Shown here: positions 34,974 through 48,060 of the stretch, in pieces
How positions within the stretch are numbered: the first letter of the stretch is position 1
How the letters are laid out: each line of letters opens with the position of its first letter
NCBI GenBank assembly: GCA_002104945.1
Contig: MCFH01000008.1
Coordinates: forward strand, 434,001 to 498,000
Length of the DNA stretch: 64,000 nucleotides
Direction of reading: 5' to 3'
From: Piromyces finnis finn
Taxonomy: Eukaryota; Fungi; Neocallimastigomycota
Translations under genes and position numbers: made by a program
The notes under the pieces: model-generated
Told to the model about the DNA's origin: nothing
The model's input: the letters and a program-made list of their open reading frames with translations, nothing else
Databases searched by the model: none

Positions 34974-36506
34974 ATATTATTTTACGATTATGCATATTAT
35001 ATTTAGGTAATACAATTTATCATAATTAATGAAAGCTATAAACAAAATATGAATAGAGAAATATTTTTATAAATAAATAAAAAAATTAATAATTTAATCT
35101 TTACAGTATTAATAATCATTAATAATAGTAATAATAATAAATAACATATATTGTAGTTATTTCGTACTTTTTTAAATACTTTTTTGTGTTATAACCAATA
35201 AAGTGGAATAAAAATTATTTTATATTTATATTCCAATAATCTAAAAAATTTGAAGTTCGTAAAATTAAAAAACTTTTTTACCTTTTGTCAATAAATATAA
35301 TTTTAATAAATTATTTGAGACATTGGCATATTTTTGTAATGAAGGATTATTAGTATTAGATTTAACGTGGCTTTAATATTAAATGTATCACACAAATTCA
35401 ATTGTATTTTTTTTTTTTTTTTAAAAAAACTCAACACCCAAAAAAAATATTATAATTTTTATAAAAATTAAACTTTTTTATTTTTGTTAAAATACTCGTT
35501 AATTTATAATTATTTTATATTATTTTAATATATTATAATGTATTTTTATAAAAAATTATTTATATATTTTATTATTAAATCATAATAATTATAAATGTAA
35601 TTTAAATTTTAAATAATTATTTACTTAATATAATTTTAAATTATTATCTTATTTATATAAACAAAAAGGAAGAAGTTTTGGTTAAAGAAAGGTAATATTA
35701 AGAAACAATTATAAGGTATTTGTATTTTCTAGTTCATTTTTAATTTTAAAATTATAAAATAACATCATTAATGGATATAAAAGTATATTAATAATAATTA
35801 ATTATTTAGTAAAATATTAAATTCTATTTATTCCTTAATAAATATTTATTTAATATTTATGGTTTGAAAATTCAATTTTAGACAATCCCTAATAATTAAT
35901 GAATATTAACATTATGCTATTTTCTATATATCATAATATCATATTATAACATATTTATTATGTTTTATATTATAGGAAGCAATGGAATAATCTATTGAAG
36001 AAATTTCAAGTAAATGAATCATCCATTTTAATTATTTATAACAGAATTATAATTGAATTAGTAAAATAAAATAAAATTTAATATAGTATAAAAAATAATA
36101 GTAACAACAATTATAAAATATAATATATATCATTTATCACTTATTAATTTATAAATATTTAAAAATTATTTTTATATTTTATAAATGAAAAATAATTATT
36201 TCAATGAAAATGTTTTATATAATAATTAATTTTAATTCACAATTTCATATTTAATAATATATACGAAACACTAAATAGAAATAATTATATACATATTCAA
36301 AAAAAAAAAAAGAAAAAAAAAAAAAAAAAAAAAACAATTTAATAAATTATAAAAATAATTTAAATTTATTTAAATTTTAAATGATAATAAACCAATTCAT
36401 ATAAAATTCAATTTATTATCTTCAACAACAATATAAATATATAATTTTAATTTACATTTGCTTTATTTGTAATTCCTGATAATATATTCTAACAAAAATT
36501 ATAAAA

Positions 36507-39500
36507 ATGGCCGAAAATAAAAATGAGAATGATACTTTATCTTTTTACACAGTTGTATGTATTTCATTTTCTATTGTAATTTAAAGCTATTAGTGAAAGG
36601 ATAATAGTATTAATATGCATATATATTTAAAATAAATTTAGGGAACAAAAGCATGGTTTAAAGATGAAGAGGAAGGTTTTGTAACGGGTACATTATCCAA
36701 CAGATTGGTCGATGATAATAATGTAGAATTAACTTTTATAATAGAAAATAGCTCGGAAGTATGCTGATTTATAAATATTCTATGAGTTATAATTCAATGT
36801 GGTAATTAATCCTATAAACTTTTTTTTATCAAAGACAAAGGTTATTAAAACAACAATAAAAGAGTTAGAAAAAACAAAATATTCAGTACTTCCTCCTCTA
36901 AGAAACCCTCCAGTCTTGGTATCTATTATAATTATTAATTAAATATTAAAGTAATTTTGTATTAACAATTTTACTATATATTACAATTACAATTCAAATA
37001 TTATATAGGAAGGCATTGATGATTTAACTTTACTTAGTCATTTACATGAACCAGCTGGTATATGATTTATAATTATATTTGTTTAAATTATAAAATATAT
37101 AATGATCGATTGCTTATTTATAACTTTATTTTTTAATATTATATTTCAAATAAGTATTACATAATGTAAAAATAAGATATAATCAACAACAAATTTATAC
37201 TTATTCTGGAATTGTATTGATTGCACTCAATCCTTTCCAAAGCCTTCCAATTTATACACCAGATATTATGAGAGCTTGTAATAAAATCTTATTAATATAA
37301 TAATAATAATAATAATAATTTATATGATATTTATAATATTTATATTTTAATTATTTTTAATATCCCTATGAAGACTCTGGTAAACGTCGTGGTGAATTAG
37401 AACCTCACTTGGTACATATTTTATATAATATATATAATATATAATATATCAATAGTATTGTGTATATTATTATTATATTATCCTAATGTAGTAGAGTGAC
37501 TAAATAATAATAATAATAATAATAATAATTATATACAGTTTGCTATAGCTGAAGAGGCATATAGAAATATGTTAAGAGAAAATAAAAATCAATCTATTAT
37601 TGTTAGTGGTGAATCTGGTGCAGGTAAAACTCAATCAGCTAAATATATTATGAGATACTTTGCCACGATTGATATGATTGATAAATCATTCCCGGGTTCA
37701 CAAGATGATTTATCAATGCTAAATAATGGAATGAGCGAAGTCGAAGAAGCTGTATTGGCTACTAACCCTATTATGGAAGTAATTATTTATTAAAAATATG
37801 AATATAGTTGTTAATCCAAATATTTAAATAATTAAAATGAATATATTATTATTATTATTATCATCATCAATAATTTTTTGTTGCTAATAGGCATTTGGTA
37901 ATGCAAAAACATCACGTAATGATAATTCGTCTAGATTTGGTAAATATATTGAAATTCAATTTTTAAAGGACAAAGTTGGCAATGTTAAAATTGCTGGTGC
38001 TCAAACAAGAACTTATTTATTAGAAAGATCAAGATTAGTATTCCAACCACCAACTGGTAAATTAAGAATATATAATTTATTTATTATTATATTTTTAATT
38101 TCATTTTGTAGTAAATATAATAATAAAACATATTATTAATGGTAATTTAATTATTTTATTATTTATTTAATATTATTGTCAATTATAAAAACAATATTTG
38201 AATCAATAGAAAGAAACTATCACATTTTCTATCAATTATGTGCTGGTTGTCCTGCTGCGGAAAGAAAGGATTTAGGTATTACAACATTTGATCAATATAA
38301 TTATTTAAATCAAGGGGGTGATGGTACTATTCCAGGTGTAGACGATGAGGCTGAATTTTCAATTACACAAAGAGCTTTATCTGCAACTGGTATTCCTGTA
38401 TCTTTACAATGGTAATAAAATTTTTCATGTAATTTATTATTTTATTTATTATAGTTGATATATTAAACTAAATTTATATTTATTAAATATTTTATTATAT
38501 TAAATTATAAATAACAACATAATTTCTTAAACTATATAAAAATAAAAGGTCTGTATTTAGAGTTTGTGCTGCTTTGCTTCATATTGGTAATATTGAAGTT
38601 AAAGCTTCAAGAAATGGTGATTCGGTGGTACAAGAAACTGATCCTGCTGTAGTTACTGCTACTAAACTTTTAGGTATTCCAGCTTCAGATTTTTGTAAAT
38701 GGATAATGAAAAAGCAAATTAAAGCTCGTACAGAAGTTATTAATACTAATTTAAATCAGAATGATGCTATTGTTGGAAGAGATTCAATTGCAAAGTTCTT
38801 ATATTCCCAATTATTCGAATGGCTTGTTCAAATGATTAATAAGAATTTAGCATTGACTGAAATTCCAAATGAAGAAACATTATCTTTCATTGGTGTACTT
38901 GATATTTATGGTTTTGAACATTTTGATAAAAACTCATTTGAACAATTTTGTATTAATTATTCTAACGAAAAATTACAACAAGAATTTAACCAACATGTAT
39001 TTAAATTAGAACAAGATGAATATGTTACAGAAAAAATTGAATGGTCTTTTATTGATTTCAATGATAACCAACCATGTATTGATTTAATTGAAAGTAGATT
39101 TGGTATTTTAGCTTTACTTGATGAAGAATGTAAATTACCATCTGGATCAGATTCTTCTTTAATTACAAAATTATATAATAACTTTAATAATGATAAATAT
39201 AAGGACTTTTTCAAGAAACCAAGATTCTCTGGAGATTCATTTACTATTGCTCACTATGCTCTTGATGTTACTTACTCAATTGAAGGTTTCCTTGAAAAGA
39301 ATAAAGATACAGTTTCAGATGAACAATTAAATCTTTTAATGAATAGTACAAATGAGTTTGTAAAAGAAATAGTTAAATTAGAAAGGGTTGAAGCTCTATC
39401 TCCTGAACAAACAAGACGTTCTATTCATGCCGGAAGACCTAATACTACTCCACAAAAAAAGACTTTAGGTTCAATATTCAAAAGATCATTAATTGAATTA

Positions 39501-42500
39501 ATGAATACTATTCGTTCAACAGATGTTCATTATATCAGATGTATTAAGCCTAATCAAGCTAAACAAGCCTTTATATTTGAACCTATTATGGTACTTTCTC
39601 AATTAAGAGCTTGTGGTGTATTGGAAACCATTAGAATTAGTTGTGCTGGTTATCCAACACGTTGGACATTCCAAGAATTTGTAGATCGTTACTACTTATT
39701 ATTAAAATCAGAAGATTGGAATTCTAAGGATTATAAAACTATGACTGAAAAAATTGTGGAATCTACCATCACCAACCCTGATAAGTACCAATTTGGTATA
39801 ACAAAAGTATTCTTTAGAACTGGTATGTTGGCTTATCTTGAAAAAATTCGTTCAGATCGTCTTAATAAGGCCATTACAATGGTTCAGAAGAATATCAAAT
39901 GCTTTATTTATAAGAAAAGATATATAAATATTCGAGAAGCTGCGCTTACAGTTCAAGCTGGTAAATTTAAAAATAATTTTTAGTAATATATAATTTATAA
40001 TAATTTTTCTAAAATATATATGAATATAAATATGGAAATAAATCTTATTATTATATATATATAAAGCTGTTCGTATAAAATTGGCTCAACAATTATTAAA
40101 AACAAAGAGAGAAGAATGTGCAGCTATTACTATTCAAAAGAATGTTCGTGCTTATGCTTCAAGAAAAAGATATAATGAACTTAGAGATGCTGCTATTACA
40201 ATTCAATCAGGTAAAAAAAATTAACATATAAGATAAAAATAATTTTTAAATATAGTATTTATGATTTTATTTAAAAAAGTATAGCATAGTAGTTATATAA
40301 ATATTTATAAAATACTTTTTTTTAATTTAATATCTATATAAATAATTTATAATAATTAGCAATAAGATTAATTAAGGCTAAGAATGAATATATTGAATTG
40401 AAGAGAAATTCTGCCGCAATCAAGATTCAAAAAGTTTTTAGAGGAGAACGAACAAGAAAATTCTACAAACAACAAATTTCCAGTATTGTTTATGTTCAAT
40501 CTTGTATTAGACGTATATCTGCTTTGAATCAATATAGAGAATTAAAGAAGGAAGCTAAAAGTATTACACATATTAAACAAGTTAATTATCAACTTGAAAA
40601 TAAGGTATTTGAACTTTCTCAAAGCTTAACTGAAAAAGAAAACTTAAACAAAGAATATATAGATAAAATTTCATGGTTGGAAAGTCAAATTAGTATATGG
40701 AAAGAAAAGTTTGAACGTTTGGATACACGTACAAAGGACTTTGGTGAACAAGCCAATGAAGAACAAGCTAATCTTGAACGTGAATTAAATAATTACAAAG
40801 AAAAGACTAGTAGATTAGAAAAAGAATGTAGCGATGCCAACGATACAATTAATGTTAAAAATAGTGAGATTGCTAAACTTAAGGATATCATTGAAAAGCA
40901 AAAGCAAGAAATTAAAAAGGTTAATGATGACTTATACCTTGTTTCAACAAAAAGTAGTCAATATGCCAATGAAGCTTCTGAAGTTGCTTTATTAAGAAAA
41001 GAAAATAATAAGCTTAAAGATCAATTAGCAAAGGCTCATAAATTTAGAGCTGATTCTAATAACGAACCACAAACATTAGAAGAGAACTATAGAAGAAAGA
41101 GTTTATCAAAGGGACGTTCTAATCTTCATATTACTAGTTCTTTAGAAAAAAGAAGGAATTCTGTTATTACTCCACAATCTTCTGATGTTGTATTATTAAA
41201 GGAGAAGAAGAATAGTTTCTTCTCGAATAGTATAAATGAACTATCATCAAATGATGACATTAATGATGAAGTCATAAAAGCAGAAAATGAACCAAAGAAG
41301 GATGAAGTTGAAGATGAAGAAGAAAAGAAAAAATTAGAAGCTGAAGCATTAGAAAATGAAGTATGAGTTCATGGTTTAAATTATATTTTTTATTTAGGTA
41401 TTAAGAATAATATTAACAATAATATTTTTATATACATTATTTTAAAATAAAAAAAAACAACTAAAAATAGTGTACCTTGAAAATGCTTGAAGATCCATCA
41501 CTAGAAAAAGAAATTATTGATGGATTAATTTTGAGTCTAGAAGTACCAAAACCAACAGAAAATATTGAACCAAAATCAATTTTCTATCCATCCCATATTA
41601 TTGGTATATTTATTAAAAGAATGCTTGATAATGGTTTGTTAACAAGGGTTCAAAACATCACAGCAAAGGTTATTCAAAGTATTCAAAATGTTGTATTGGT
41701 AAGTATAAAATAAATTATATAGTTAAATTTTATAATATTATAGTTATGATTAAAAATTTATTATTTTAATTTTCATTAATAGAAAAATGTTGATAATAAC
41801 GTATCAGCTTTCTGGCTTTCTAATTCTTATGAATTATTATGTGTTATTAAAACAATTATGGTAAGAGATCCATACAGCAATGCCGAAAACTCCAATTCTT
41901 ATATTATTATGGAAAAAATATCAAATGATATAGAATTATTAATTGTTGAAATTTATTTCACTTGGCTTAAAGAATTGAAAAAAGAGTTAAATGTTATGAT
42001 TGTTCCTGCTGTTATTGAAAGTCAATGTCTTAAGGAATATATTATAAGAAATGATGGTATATGGAATAGAATTAAGGGTACTACTAATCCACAATACTCC
42101 ATAGAACAATTATTAACATATTTAAGTAAAATTAGTAAACTTTTGAAGTTGTATTATATGGAAGAATCTATTGCAACACAAATATTATCCCATCTTGTAA
42201 AATTAATTGGTATTAATTCATTCAATCATTTAATTATGAGAAAGGTATTTTTACCATTTTTTTTATTATATATACATTTTACTACTTTTCTGTAAAATAT
42301 TCATTTTTTATACTTTTTTTTTTATAATGCCAATTTATTAATAATAATAAAAGAATTTCTGTTCTTGGAAGAGAGGTGTTCAAATTCAATATAATGTTAA
42401 CCAAATCGAAGTATGGTGTGATACTCATCAAGTACAAGAAGGTATATTTATATATAATATAAAAAAAAAAGATTAATAGTATTTTTAATGAATTATTTTT

Positions 42501-43050
42501 TTTTTAATATGAAATGTTACAATTAGGTTTTATGCATATGGAATATTTAATCCAAGCAGCAAAATTATTACAATTAAGTAAAATATCTGTTGAAGAAATT
42601 GTAAATGCTGCTGAAATTTGTTATTTATTAAATACCACTCAGATTAAGAAATTCTTATCTATATATCAACCTCTTGAATATGAAGTAATTTATATATAAT
42701 ATAAAAAATTTTATTATTATAAAAAGAAATGCTTAACATTATTATTATTTTTATTTTTTAATAATAAATCATATAGAATCCTGTTCCTACAGAAGTAATT
42801 CAGAGTATAGGAAGTCAAGATATAAAGAATCAAACCGAAAACTTATTATTAAATATAGAAGATAATGAATTTAACAATCCAACTCCAATATTAATTAATG
42901 ATTATGAACAAGTTGAATTACCACGCGATAATGATTTAGTAAGTTTTTTTTTTTAAACAAAAATATTTTAAATGATTAAATGGATAACTAATAAATATAT
43001 ATATAAATACTATTTAATAGTTCTTGATTAAATGTCTTTTAGAAATCTAA
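36507..43050 (+). CDS. MYO2: Class V myosin heavy chain, paralog B (complete: motor, IQ neck, coiled coil, dilute/DIL cargo domain)
   Basis: 18 hand-spliced exons (36507-36554, 36642-36758, 36835-36918, 37009-37057, 37155-37277, 37374-37411, 37539-37778, 37891-38056, 38210-38411, 38549-39960, 40067-40210, 40360-41360, 41471-41698, 41783-42244, 42354-42441, 42527-42684, 42777-42938, 43021-43050). Motifs: [30 protein letters not shown]; DIL-domain [36 protein letters not shown]. Confidence 0.96.
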
Positions 43051-43584
43051 GAAGGTTAAAATAACTTTATAATTATTTTTTTAAAAAAAAAATGTAATAT
43101 TGTATATTAAACAAATAGAAAAAATAGAATAGAATAAAATAAATTCTAAAATCAATAATTTAAATAATTAATAGAAAAAGAAAAATTCAAAAATATGATA
43201 ATATCTATAATTTACTAGAATGATAGATAGATCTTTAAAAAAATCAAATAAAACATATAAAGAAAAACAATTATATAAAAATATTCATATAAATTTACTT
43301 TTTAATTTTTATTTATTTGCTGTCATTAATATTATGACTTTTTTTTTTTTAAAAGGAAAAAAATTGTTTCTTAATATTCCATATTCATAATTGATTATGA
43401 AAAAATATTTTATAAAATTTAAATTTATTAAATTATAACAGTATTTTTGATTTTATATTTTTTAAAATTGAATATTAAATATACTTTGTTTTTTATAATC
43501 AATTTTTTATTTTATTATTACTTTTTGATATTTTGTGGTTTTTATATTTAAATAATATATTTAGCTTATTAATAAATCGAAATC

Positions 43585-45386
43585 ATGACAGATGGTAGAA
43601 GTAGTAGAAAATAACAATATAAATTTGATTTAATAAATATTTAATTTAATTGGGAATGGGAATATAAGAATTAACAATGTTAAATTTTTAAAAATTTGAT
43701 GGGATATAGGTATTAGTTGCATAAATTTATTTATACCACATATACCAGTAAAACATGATAATAGAAGCAATAATAAAAAAAACTATAAAGCTTTCAATTC
43801 TACAGCTCCAAGGTTTTTAAAATCGAATGTATAGTATATATTGAATATCAAAATTTCTGTATATATATATATATAATATTTAAATATGATATTTAATATA
43901 ATTATTTCTTTATGATGATTCTCAAAAATTCTTCCGAAATTTATATATTAAATTGAATATATATATATAATTATCTTTTCAAAAAAAAAAAAAAAAAAGA
44001 ATGATTTACCAGGACCTGGTTATTATGTAGACGAAAAAGATGATAATTATTTTATTTTTTCAAATAAGGGGTTTGGTGTAGGATTTACTTCCAGTGTATG
44101 ACGATAAACGAATTTGAATCAATATTTAATTATATATTAATTTTAATGATAAAATATTTAGATATATAATACTTTATTAATGGTTATATTATGAATATTG
44201 AAAAAAAGGATAAAAGATTTAAAAATGAAAATCTGTATAATGTTGGTCCAGGAAAATATAAAATTGAAAAATTAAATCAATATTATGATAATCAAAAAAC
44301 AATTTCTCTTAAAAATTTTAAATCAAGAATTGCTGGTACTATTATACCCGAACCCACCCCAGGTCCTTCAGATTACAATTCTGTGGTACTATTTATTTTC
44401 ACTATTTTTATTATATGGCAATATAATAAATCCATTAATTTTAAATGCTTTATAATTAATTTACAAAAATTGATATTTTTATGTAACATAATTTAAAAGA
44501 AATCTGAAAAAGCTCTTTTAGGACCAAATTATGATAAGAAAATGAATTATACATTTAAATCAAGAACACCAAGATTTTCTAAAGATCGTCATTCATTGCC
44601 AGCTCCTGGATATTATAAAATTAATGAGGAAGAACGAAAACCTAGTGCTATATCATCATTTAAATCTAGCGGAAGAAAGAAAGCATACAGGTAAAATATT
44701 AGAAAAAGAAAAATTAAAATAAAATATTTTTTTTTATTTAATATATTATAATTATAACTTTATTTTTAAATATAACTACATTTAGTACTATTATAGATGG
44801 TCCTGGACCAGGATCCTATTTCCAAGAACAAGAATCATTTAATCTCGAAACAAAAAAGTGAAAATAAATAAATAAATAATTAAATTAAATTTAAATTTAA
44901 TTAAATTAATATATATTTAATTTTTATTTGAATATGTTAAGTAATGGCAAATTGGTTTTGGGTCTTGTAGCAGATAAAGCAGATACATCAAAAAGACGCA
45001 AAGATGTTAATTTGGGACCAGGTAAAACATATACCATAATACTGTAAAATTATACTTTTAATATAATTATTAATTAATAATAATAATTAGGATATTATGA
45101 TATTCGAAGTGGTTCAAAAATATCAGAAATTATTAATGGAATTAAAAAAGGACAATCATTTACTAATTCTAAAAGATTCAGTAGTAGTGATAATAATATA
45201 CCAGGACCTGGTATTAATAAAATATAATATATCAAAATATATAAGATTTTTATAAAATGAAAAGTTAAAATAATATATTATATTAATATAATTATAATAT
45301 TGCTTAATTATTAAATAGGTTATTATCAACCCATCAATGATCTTCGTCATTCATTTAATAACAATAATTATCATCAATGGATATAA
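43585..45386 (+). CDS. Sperm-tail PG-rich (SHIPPO/STPG1-like) repeat protein, probable axonemal microtubule-associated protein
   Basis: Multi-exon. About seven PGPGxY-type repeats (LPGPGYY, VGPGKY, TPGPSDY, LPAPGYY, GPGPGSY, LGPGYY, IPGPGYY) with F-x-S-x-x-x-R-F spacers (AFNSTAPRF, GFTSS, FKSRTPRF). Ends SFNNNNYHQWI* at 45384-45386. The start codon (43585) is tentative. Confidence 0.8.
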
Positions 45387-45898
45387 AATAGAAAGCCCAC
45401 ACATTATATAATTATATTTTTAATTATCATTTATGATATTAAGTAAATATAATTTTAATTTAATGTGATTTCTATTAAATAATAAGTCTATCTTTTACTA
45501 ACAAATGTGATTCTGCATAATTTTTCTTCATTATTTTTATATATAAATATAATTTAATATTATAGAAAAAAAAAAAAAAAACTTTTGAATATTTTAAAGA
45601 TTGCTTTTAATACAATAAAGAAAACAATTTTCTTAATTAAAATATGTATATGTATTTTAAATTATAAAAATAATATTAATAAAAATAAATATATCTTTTT
45701 TTGAAAGTTTTTTTTGTGACATTTAAATTAATAAATACTCTATAAAAATGCGGATAAGCAAATTTTTAGCTATTATATTGATATCTATATATATTTTTAA
45801 ATATATTATTTTTCCACGTTTTTTTGAATTATTAATATTTATGATTAATATTATTCATATTTAAAAAAAAAAATAATATTTCTATTTTATTAAATCTT

Positions 45899-45905
45899 CC
45901 AATCA
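45899..45905 (+). promoter_or_regulatory. CCAATCA box upstream of TIF6
   Basis: CCAATCA about 290 bp before the ATG at 46192. Confidence 0.45.
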
Positions 45906-46191
45906 AATTTCAATTCCACAATATATTTCAATTAATTTCAATAATAATATATGTATAAAATATGTAGGATTAATATAATTTAATATATATATATATTTAT
46001 TATATAAACACTCGTACTTTCCAAAAAAAACTTTGAATATTTTAAATTCATTAAAAGATTGTTAAAATCTATTTTAATTGATATTCAATAATAAGAGTAT
46101 CTAATTAATAAATTAAAAGATAAAAAAATATATATATATATAAAAATAAAAATATTAATTTTTAATACAAATAAAATAAAAAATATATAAA

Positions 46192-48060
46192 ATGGCTGTT
46201 CGTAAGTATCAAAAATAGTAAAGATAAAAAGATAATTAATAAATGGTTTAAATAAAGATATATTATAAAAGTGAATAATTTTAAAATCAGCAAATAAAGT
46301 AGATTAATTTAAATATAATTTATTTTTAAGCAAAATATATAAATCAATTTTTTTTTTTTTTTTTCAAAAAATCAATTAAATACTTTTTTTTTTTTTCAAA
46401 AAATCAATTAAATACTTTTTTTTTTTTTTCCTTTTTGAAGATGATTTTTAATAAAAATCAATAATAAATAAAAGATTTCAGTTAATGAAGTAGTAATCAA
46501 ATGAGTAGCTAAAATTTCCAAATTAATAGAATATTAATACTTTTCATGATTTAATTAAAATATATATACATATAAAACATTTTATCATTTAATTTTAAAA
46601 CATCAGATTGATTTTTACAAAATTATCTAATAAAAGCAATTTTAAAAATCATTATGATTAAAAACCAAAATTTTTTAAAATCCATTCATCAATTATTTAA
46701 AAATCAAAATTCCAAAATGATTATTAAAATAATCTTAAGACAAAAAAAACCATAAATTAAAAATAAAAAAAAATAAAGAAATAAAATTAATTATCAATTA
46801 TAGAAATTTTAATTAAAATATATTTATAATGATATTTGAATAATTAATAGGTGCTCAATTTGAAAATAGTAACGATATTGGTGTTTTCTCCAAGTTAACT
46901 AACTCATACTGTTTAGTTGCTATTGGTGGTTCCGAAAATTTCTACAGGTAAATTATATTTTTTTTATTAAAAATATTATTATAATATAAAATTATTTTTT
47001 AGAAACAATATAAAATATTACAAATATACATATACTTATATACGTGATAAATAATTAAACAAAAAAATTATAATAAATAGTGTTTTTGAAAGTCAATTAG
47101 CTGATGTTATTCCAGTTGTTCACACTTCCATTGGTGGAACCAGAATTATTGGTCGTCTTACTGCTGGTAACAGACACGGTCTTTTAGTTCCAAACACTAC
47201 TACTGACCAAGAATTACAACATTTAAGAAACTCTTTACCAGACAGTGTTGCTATTCAACGTATTGAAGAAAGATTATCTGCTTTAGGTAATGTTATTGCT
47301 TGTAACGATTATGTTGCTTTAGTTCACCCAGATATTGATAGAGTAAGTTATTTATTGATAATTTATAATAATATTTTTATATAATATCATAAAGTTTAAA
47401 GTAATATAAACTAAATGTAATAATTGTATTTTCATAATAGGAAACTGAAGAAATTATTGCTGATACTCTTAAGGTTGAAGTTTTCAGACAAACTATTGCT
47501 GGTAATGTTTTAGTTGGTAGTTACTGTTCTCTTAGTAACCAAGGTGGTCTTGTTCACCCAAACACTTCTATTCAAGATCAAGATGAACTTTCTTCCTTAT
47601 TACAAATTCCACTTGTTGTAAGTATTATTTTGTAAATAATATATAAAATACACACCTATATAATAAATATTTTTATTATTCATATTCTAATTATAAATTT
47701 TTGTTAAAATGCATTTTTAAAAAAAGGCTGGTACTGTTAACAGAGGTTCCGATTTAATTGGTGCTGGTTGTGTTGTTAACGATTGGAGTGCTTTCGTTGG
47801 TTTAGATACTTCTAGTACTGAAATTTCTGTTATTGAAAAGATCTTCAACCTTCAAAACACTAAGTCTTCCTACGTTGGTAAATATTGATTTTTAGTTTTA
47901 CACGTATTTTTATAATTTGAACCAATTTTTTTAATTAATGTTTGTAATAAATATAATTTATTAATTTTTACATTTTTCCTCCTATACAATTATATCAATA
48001 TTCATATTTAAACAATAAAGTTAATGAAATGAGAGATCAACTTATTGATTCTATGATCTA
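46192..48060 (+). CDS. TIF6: Eukaryotic translation initiation factor 6 (60S anti-association factor)
   Basis: ATG GCT GTT C then GTAAGT intron 46202-46850. Spliced sequence [21 protein letters not shown]...[12 protein letters not shown]...[17 protein letters not shown]...VAGTVNRGS...; TAA 48058-48060. Confidence 0.98.
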
